From contig DAOVER010000031.1 of NCBI GenBank assembly GCA_030668875.1, positions 794 through 32,793 of the forward strand: a stretch of 32,000 nt of DNA, read 5' to 3'. Position numbers and translations under genes: made by a program. Source of the DNA: Candidatus Heimdallarchaeota archaeon. Lineage in GTDB: Archaea; Asgardarchaeota; Heimdallarchaeia; Heimdallarchaeales; Heimdallarchaeaceae. This document shows, piece after piece, positions 26,201 through 32,000 of the stretch (positions within the stretch are counted from its first letter, which is position 1; every line of letters starts with the position of its first letter). The notes under the pieces are model-generated. The model was given only the letters and a program-made list of their open reading frames with translations. It made no database searches and was not told where the DNA came from.

Positions 26201-26974
26201 TCACGTCAGTTTTGTTTTACCTTTTCGCTTTTTCCGAAAGATGTAGAATAAGATAAATATTAATCCTGTTATGGTTATGAAACTTACGGGACTATCGTAA
26301 AGCCCTACTGTTGCTTCACCAAGAAATTGTGTATAGGTGAATAAAGGCACTGAAACATTATATTCAGGAAAAGTTGGATATTCAGGTACTAGATGACTTC
26401 CTGAACCAAATGTCGTGAAATTCCCAACAGTATAATTTATCCCCAGATCTATTCTATATTGAAGATTAACTCCTTCACTCTCAGTCAAATTTACATAGTA
26501 AATAGGAGTTTTATGTTGCAAATTAGCACTTATTTCTTCGTATAGTGGATCAGGGAAATATAGTACTTGCCATTTTGCTTTTGAAGTTTCAGGTATTCTC
26601 AATTTCCATCTAGCATTAATAATAATCCTAAATAGTTCAGTTTCTGTTTGGTAACCAAGGTGTGATAAATCGAATGCGTTTACACCATAAAAACCAAAAT
26701 AAATATCCATTTTTTCATCATCATCTGAGTCTAGACCCATAATGTTAAAATACAAATTAGGTCTTACAAAACCACCCACTGAACTGTTCAAACCAGCATC
26801 ATCTTGAGGATCGAAGATTTCGATACGCTGTTCGTCACTTCCTATTCTGCATATTCCTTCAAAATCCCACACATCCTCTTCTTCCTCTTCTGCTTGTATG
26901 GAATGATAGAAAGATGAAGTGATAAAAACTGTTACAATCAACAAACTTGTAATAACTAAATACTTGTTTTTCAT
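26201..26974 (-). CDS. Exported protein with signal peptide and C-terminal TM anchor (paralogue B)
   Basis: MKNKYLVITSLLIVTVFITSS..IQA signal; C-terminal SFITITGLIFILFYIF-RKKRK; several N-x-S/T sequons. Confidence 0.8.
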   Translation of the reverse strand: MKNKYLVITSLLIVTVFITSSFYHSIQAEEEEEDVWDFEGICRIGSDEQRIEIFDPQDDAGLNSSVGGFVRPNLYFNIMGLDSDDDEKMDIYFGFYGVNAFDLSHLGYQTETELFRIIINARWKLRIPETSKAKWQVLYFPDPLYEEISANLQHKTPIYYVNLTESEGVNLQYRIDLGINYTVGNFTTFGSGSHLVPEYPTFPEYNVSVPLFTYTQFLGEATVGLYDSPVSFITITGLIFILFYIFRKKRKGKTKLT

Positions 26975-27810
26975 TTCCTTTTCCTCCTAGTGACCTGATT
27001 AGTTGCAATAAGAATAGCTATACCGCCAACTGCTGCAATAGATGCTAGAAATGGGAAGGCCACTCTCAGACTATGAGTTCTAGATAACGATAATCTCTTG
27101 AAATTCTGAGCGATTGTCACATTATATTGAGGCCACCAATAATCTGTGTTTTCAGGTTCTTGAGGATCTGTATATAATGGTGATTCTCCACCATAGGTAG
27201 TAAAATTACCATATATAATTGTCTGATCTTTATTTATTTGTTGCCAAATACCTACACTACCAATTTGAGTATTCAATCTTACAATATGTATGGGCAATCT
27301 TAGTTTATATATTAATTGCGCATACAATTCTGAATCAAATAATTCTTCATGTGTATATTTTATTTTATTTATAATTGTCGCATATATGGGTGCAAGTTCT
27401 TCATCATATTCAGCTGTTTCATTATCCATAACATCTTCAGTCATGGTGACCCAAGATATTCCTTCACTTGTAACATTGAAACCATATTTTCCCCTCAGAC
27501 TTGTGGTTTCAAAGAAATCTGAATATTGTGGGGCGTTCCGTATAGGTTGTATTCCATGTAATGCAACAAGGGCGTCAACTCCTGTAATATCGTCCTGTTC
27601 CAAACAAAATAGAAATGTTCGCGTTTGTAAAGGATCAACATAATACGAAGGAATAACTTTAACTCGGTATTTCTGCTGTGTAACAACGCCTTGAAACTCC
27701 CATTTTTCCTCACCAACAACAGCATTGATAGTGACTGTTGAACTAGAAAGGAAAGGAGCTATCAAAAGCGAAACAATAAATGCTATACTAATAAATCTGG
27801 ACTGTTTCAC
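26971..27810 (-). CDS. Exported protein with signal peptide and C-terminal TM anchor (paralogue A)
   Basis: MKQSRFISIAFIVSLLIAPFL..INA signal; C-terminal FPFLASIAAVGGIAILIA..RRKRK; GTG start with GGAGG upstream; ATGA overlap with paralogue B. Confidence 0.8.
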   Translation of the reverse strand: MKQSRFISIAFIVSLLIAPFLSSSTVTINAVVGEEKWEFQGVVTQQKYRVKVIPSYYVDPLQTRTFLFCLEQDDITGVDALVALHGIQPIRNAPQYSDFFETTSLRGKYGFNVTSEGISWVTMTEDVMDNETAEYDEELAPIYATIINKIKYTHEELFDSELYAQLIYKLRLPIHIVRLNTQIGSVGIWQQINKDQTIIYGNFTTYGGESPLYTDPQEPENTDYWWPQYNVTIAQNFKRLSLSRTHSLRVAFPFLASIAAVGGIAILIATNQVTRRKRK

Positions 27811-27925
27811 TCATTTTCCTCCAAATCATATCTTCTGAAAGAAAGGTTTGTATGACATTTATAAAGATTATTGATAAGTTCCAAATTGTGAAAAAACTAT
27901 TTTGTATAAAATGCCAAATCATAAA

Positions 27926-27933
27926 TTTTATAT
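27926..27933 (+). promoter_or_regulatory. Putative TATA box for the ABC exporter pair
   Basis: TTTTATAT at -32..-25 from ATG 27958. Confidence 0.5.
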
Positions 27934-27957
27934 CGTTAAAAGGAATTCTTAAACCAG

Positions 27958-29772
27958 ATGTCATGGCTAGAGAACAGAAAACGTGTCCACTCTTTTAAGG
28001 AGATTATGGCGGTTATCGCTCCATATCTCTCAAAAAGTATACCTCTATTCATTTTTGTTAGTTCTGTTGCTTTTTTAGCAGCTGTTTTAGGCTTAGCAAC
28101 TCCTTTATTGATAAGAGAAGCCATTAATAACGCTATTGATACAGAGAGTATCTCTTTGATTTGGATCATAGGAGGAGCAGTTTTTGGAACAGCAATAGTT
28201 GGGGGGGTCATGCAATTTTTATCTAGATATTATGCAGCTGTTTACGCACAAAGAGTGATATTTGATTTGCGAAATGATATCTATCAAATACTCCAACAAT
28301 TGAGTTTGGAGTTTTATGACGATGAAAATACAGGTCAAATAATGACCAGAGTCACAACAGATCTTAATGCAATTCAAGGATTTGTTAGTTTTACAATTAG
28401 ACTGGTCATGAATGGATTTATCTTCTTTATTGGGGCATATATTGCTATGATTATCATGAGCTGGCAACTAGGATTAATACTCGTTGCACTGTTTCCCGGA
28501 TTTATCTGGTTGATTTATTGGTTTAGCACAAAAGTAAGACCATTATTCTACCAAGCACGCAAGCAATTTGGAGCAGTTACATCATTATTGCAAGAAAATG
28601 TTACAGGAGCTCATGTTGTTCGAGGATTTTCTCAAGAGGAAAGTGAGATTGAGAAATTTGATGAATCAAATGTTGTTTACAGAGACCTTCGAATCAAAAC
28701 ACAAGTTTATAGAGCAATATATTTCTCAAGTATGACCTTGCTTATCGGAGTCGGCACAACTTTAGTAGTTGTTGTTGGGGGGATTTTTGTTACTAATGGA
28801 AGCCTTAGTTTGGGAGATTTTATTGCCTTTTTATCTTATTTATCTTTATTACCTGGACCCACAAGACAATTGACATGGTTAGTAGGTATAATTCAGAGAA
28901 TGTTAGCAAGTGGAGATAGAATTATAGAATTAATCGGTGCTAAACGAGAAGTTCAAGAGGATCCGAAAGCTATTGACCCTCCGAAGTTTCTAGGTGATAT
29001 CGAATATCAAGACGTTCATTTTGAATACGAAGAAGGAGTAACAATTCTGAAAAATATTAATATAAAGATTCCACATGGACAGAAGGTTGTTGTTTTGGGA
29101 GGAACAGGTAGTGGAAAGAGTAGTTTTGTAAATCTGTTGGTGAGATTTTATGACCCATCTGAAGGTCAAGTACTTATTGACGGAAAGAACATAAAAAAAT
29201 ACAAAATGAAGAAAATGAGACAACAAATTGGACTGGTTCTCCAAGAAACTATGTTATTCAATGATACCATAAAAGAAAATATCGCATTCGGAAAACCAGA
29301 TGCTGTATTCGATGAAATTATTTCAGCAACAAAAGCTGCAAAAATTCATAATTTTATTGCAGAACTTCCAGATAAGTATGAAACAAAGGTTGGAGATAGA
29401 GGAATAACGTTGTCAGGAGGACAAAAGCAAAGAATTTCAATTGCTAGGACTCTTCTGATAGACCCTACAATACTCATTTTTGATGACTCAACAGCTTCAG
29501 TAGATGCTGAAACCGAAGCTTATATTCAAGAAGCTTTGGATATACTAAGTCTTGGAAGAACTACAATAATAATCTCACAACGTATTTCCTCTGTACACTA
29601 TGCTGACAGAATATTAGTTTTTGAAAAGGGAAAAATAGTTCAAGATGGGACTCATGATGAACTTATTAAAATTGGAGGGTTATATCTAAAAATCTATGAA
29701 ACTCTTGCACAAAGTTATGTGAAAACTAGTACAACAATGGATACTAATTATAAATTAAGGAGGAAGGAGTAA
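27958..29772 (+). CDS. Heterodimeric ABC exporter, fused TMD-NBD, subunit with non-canonical catalytic residues (TM287-like)
   Basis: TGQIMTRVTTD, GGTGSGKS, LSGGQKQR, Walker B IFDDS (E to D), H-loop SQR (H to Q). Confidence 0.93.
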   Translation: MSWLENRKRVHSFKEIMAVIAPYLSKSIPLFIFVSSVAFLAAVLGLATPLLIREAINNAIDTESISLIWIIGGAVFGTAIVGGVMQFLSRYYAAVYAQRVIFDLRNDIYQILQQLSLEFYDDENTGQIMTRVTTDLNAIQGFVSFTIRLVMNGFIFFIGAYIAMIIMSWQLGLILVALFPGFIWLIYWFSTKVRPLFYQARKQFGAVTSLLQENVTGAHVVRGFSQEESEIEKFDESNVVYRDLRIKTQVYRAIYFSSMTLLIGVGTTLVVVVGGIFVTNGSLSLGDFIAFLSYLSLLPGPTRQLTWLVGIIQRMLASGDRIIELIGAKREVQEDPKAIDPPKFLGDIEYQDVHFEYEEGVTILKNINIKIPHGQKVVVLGGTGSGKSSFVNLLVRFYDPSEGQVLIDGKNIKKYKMKKMRQQIGLVLQETMLFNDTIKENIAFGKPDAVFDEIISATKAAKIHNFIAELPDKYETKVGDRGITLSGGQKQRISIARTLLIDPTILIFDDSTASVDAETEAYIQEALDILSLGRTTIIISQRISSVHYADRILVFEKGKIVQDGTHDELIKIGGLYLKIYETLAQSYVKTSTTMDTNYKLRRKE

Positions 29773-31580
29773 TGGGATGGGCATTTCACCGTATGACAAG
29801 AGAGGAGGAAGAAAGAGAGAAGAAATATTCTGACTGGACTTTATTCAAACGAGTATTTCGTGTTTTTGGATATTATAAAACTGAAACAATTTCCGTTATT
29901 GCTATCGTATTAACGGTCTCACTTTTTTCAACATCTATACCCATACTTATGCAACAAACCATTGATATGTTTATCAAACCTGGAATAGCAGATTTCACTA
30001 CGCAAATTATAATCATGGGTGCGTGCTATCTCGTATTCATCATTTTGAATTTCTTCCTTATCTTAGCAAGAACAATTTTCTTTGCCAAATTGGGTCAAAA
30101 ACTAATTTATCGGATTAGAAATGATTTATTTACTAAACTTCAATATCTTTCATTTGATTACTTTACAGAAACTGAATCTGGAAGGACAATTTCTAAAGTT
30201 ACAAACGATGTTGATGCTTTAGGAGAACTGCTTACAACAGGAATTATTGATATTTTTGCAGATTTTGTAAGTCTAATTTGGATCTTAATAATCATGTTTG
30301 TTTATGATGTTCAAATGACTTTACTCACATTTACTGTGATACCGATTCTACTAGTTACAGCATATTTATTCCAGAAGAGAGTTAGATCTGTCTATAGAAA
30401 AACAAGAGTTGCAATTGCAAAAGTTACTGCCAACTTACAAGAAACAATTACTGGAGTTAGAGTTACTAAATCCCTATCTAGGGAGGAAAAAAACATCGAA
30501 AACTTCGCTGACTTGAACAAAGAAAATTATGAAGCTAACGTAGAAGCAGCTAGTGTATCTTCGCTATTTATGCCATTGATTCAGATTATTGCAGCACTAG
30601 GAAGTACAATTGTGATTATCTTTGGAGGATCTGCATTTATATCTGGAAGAATTACTATTGGAGTACTTTACGCATTTTTAGATTATTCGAATCGTTTCTT
30701 TGGACCTGTAATTAGTCTCTTCACTTTCTATACAATTATACAATCAGGATTTGCAAGTGCTGAAAGAATCTTTGATGTTCTAGATGAACAACCATCTGTT
30801 AAAAATTCTCTTAACCCTGTTTTTCCTAGAGAGATTAAAGGTAAACTAGAGTTGATAGGAGTAAGTTTCAATTATCAAGAAAACGTCCAAGTATTGAAGA
30901 ACATCAATTTAACCATTGAAGAAGGTTCAAGTATTGCTCTAGTAGGAAAAACAGGTGCAGGAAAGACCACAATCACCAAATTACTATCACGATATTATGA
31001 TGTAAATAATGGTGAATTATTGGTGGATGGAATCAACATCAAAGACATCGATCTTGAGATATTACGAAAAAACATAGCAGTCGTTCCACAAGATGTTTAT
31101 CTTTTTAGTGGCACTATAATGGAAAATCTGAAGTATGGTAGGAAGGTAGCTACAGACGATGAGGTCTTTGACTTATGTCTTGTCCTTGGTCTTCATGATT
31201 ACATTCTAAGATTACCTCAAGGATATGAGACTGATGTAAAAGAAGGAGGTACAAGATTATCCTTAGGTCAACGCCAACTAATCTCCTTAGCTAGAGCTGT
31301 TATCGCTAACCCAAGCATACTCATTCTAGATGAATGTAGTAGTTCAGTAGATCCAATTACTGAATCACTTATACAAAAAGGAATAAACTATATGTTACGA
31401 GGGAGAACATCGATTATTATTGCTCATAGACTCAGCACCATCAAAAATACATCAAAGATAGTTGTAATTGATAATGGGGAAATAGCTGAAGAGGGAACAC
31501 ACCAAGATTTACTTAAAAAGAAAGGAAGATATTACGATTTGTATCAGACTCAACTAACCAGCAACATTGTTGATGATTGA
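29772..31580 (+). CDS. Heterodimeric ABC exporter, partner subunit (TM288-like)
   Basis: SKVTNDVD, GKTGAGKT, LSLGQRQ, ILDECS, IAHRLS; TAATG 1-nt overlap with the upstream gene. Confidence 0.93.
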   Translation: MGWAFHRMTREEEEREKKYSDWTLFKRVFRVFGYYKTETISVIAIVLTVSLFSTSIPILMQQTIDMFIKPGIADFTTQIIIMGACYLVFIILNFFLILARTIFFAKLGQKLIYRIRNDLFTKLQYLSFDYFTETESGRTISKVTNDVDALGELLTTGIIDIFADFVSLIWILIIMFVYDVQMTLLTFTVIPILLVTAYLFQKRVRSVYRKTRVAIAKVTANLQETITGVRVTKSLSREEKNIENFADLNKENYEANVEAASVSSLFMPLIQIIAALGSTIVIIFGGSAFISGRITIGVLYAFLDYSNRFFGPVISLFTFYTIIQSGFASAERIFDVLDEQPSVKNSLNPVFPREIKGKLELIGVSFNYQENVQVLKNINLTIEEGSSIALVGKTGAGKTTITKLLSRYYDVNNGELLVDGINIKDIDLEILRKNIAVVPQDVYLFSGTIMENLKYGRKVATDDEVFDLCLVLGLHDYILRLPQGYETDVKEGGTRLSLGQRQLISLARAVIANPSILILDECSSSVDPITESLIQKGINYMLRGRTSIIIAHRLSTIKNTSKIVVIDNGEIAEEGTHQDLLKKKGRYYDLYQTQLTSNIVDD

Positions 31581-31646
31581 ATCTTCCGCCTTATTCCGCA
31601 TTAACACGTAGGTTCAGAGAGAGTTTTTAGGTTTAAATAATGTAAT

Positions 31647-31654
31647 AAGGAGGG
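31647..31654 (+). promoter_or_regulatory. Shine-Dalgarno-like site of the right-hand tnpB
   Basis: AAGGAGGG 5 nt before ATG 31660. Confidence 0.6.
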
Positions 31655-31659
31655 TAATA

Positions 31660-32000
31660 ATGATGCTCGTTAGAAGAACTGAACGGATAAAAGTGAAACC
31701 TAGTTTCACGCTTATGCAGTTAGCAAGACAGAGCAAAAACGTGTATAATTATGGCAATTATATCATCAAAAGACAACTGAAAAATAGTAAGTATATGACC
31801 TCAGAGTATGAGTTAGTAGACATGATCCGTTATCATCCTTGCTATACGGACTTTATCGCCCACTCAGCACAACAGACGATAAAATTTTTAGTAAAGAACT
31901 GGAAAGCGTATTTCAGAGCGATAAAAGAGTACAAGAAGCACCCGCAAAAATTCCTCTCTCCACCCCATGCGCCCAAATATAAGAAAAAACGAGGGTTCCA
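31660..32000 (+). mobile_element. tnpB: IS200/IS605-family TnpB, N-terminal 113 codons (runs off the window end; not in the ORF track)
   Basis: MMLVRRTERIKV..SKNVYNYGNY..AHSAQQTIKFLVKNWKAYFRAIKEYKKHPQKFLSPPHAPKYKKKRG; AQQ..K...NWK.YF and P.P.YK.K are TnpB hallmarks. Confidence 0.9.

Noticed and set aside
21712-29244. Short ORFs 21712-21945, 22702-23010, 24615-24899, 27290-27643, 27495-27725, 27936-28211, 28219-28467, 28990-29244
   Set aside because: Overlap longer coding regions; antisense frames of hydrophobic AT-rich genes are often open by chance.
27958-31580. Degenerate Walker B, H-loop and signature motifs in the ABC exporter pair as a novelty
   Set aside because: This is the normal asymmetric nucleotide-site pattern of heterodimeric exporters such as TM287/288.
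1-32000. Composite transposon bounded by the two outward-facing tnpB genes
   Set aside because: The proteins are only about 35% identical, their upstream sequences share no clear similarity, and the enclosed genes include core functions (rps17e, drg).
1-32000. rRNA, tRNA or CRISPR array
   Set aside because: Intergenic gaps are short and AT-rich, with no cloverleaf-like segment or regularly spaced direct repeats.

Overview
AT-rich (roughly one-third GC by eye), gene-dense archaeal window, most likely an Asgard archaeon (inference from an ESCRT-II Vps22/36-like gene, S17e, a DRG GTPase and TATA boxes 25-30 nt before starts). Left to right: the 5' end of a tnpB leaving the window, DRG GTPase, amidohydrolase, a frameshifted DUF362 gene, an MFS transporter with nested internal duplications, an ABC-2 operon, a beta-CASP nuclease plus hexulose-6-phosphate synthase, an orphan Vps22/36-like gene, uridine phosphorylase, a membrane protein, class II HMG-CoA reductase, rps17e, a KaiC-like ATPase, a 604-aa PIN/TPR-like protein, an NAD-dependent epimerase, two tandem inositol-1-phosphate-synthase-like genes, a prenyl synthase, a NuoJ-K-L-N-like membrane module, two paralogous exported proteins, a heterodimeric ABC exporter, and the 5' end of a second tnpB. 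The most striking item is the minus-strand block 20747-27810: intact complex I membrane-arm homologues (J, K, L, N; no M, A, H or soluble subunits) that appear to have lost most of their proton-coupling Glu/Lys/His residues, flanked by two unknown exported paralogues and a long-chain-type prenyl synthase. No rRNA, tRNA or CRISPR array was seen. All family calls come from motif recognition and by-eye alignment to remembered reference sequences; no searches were run.
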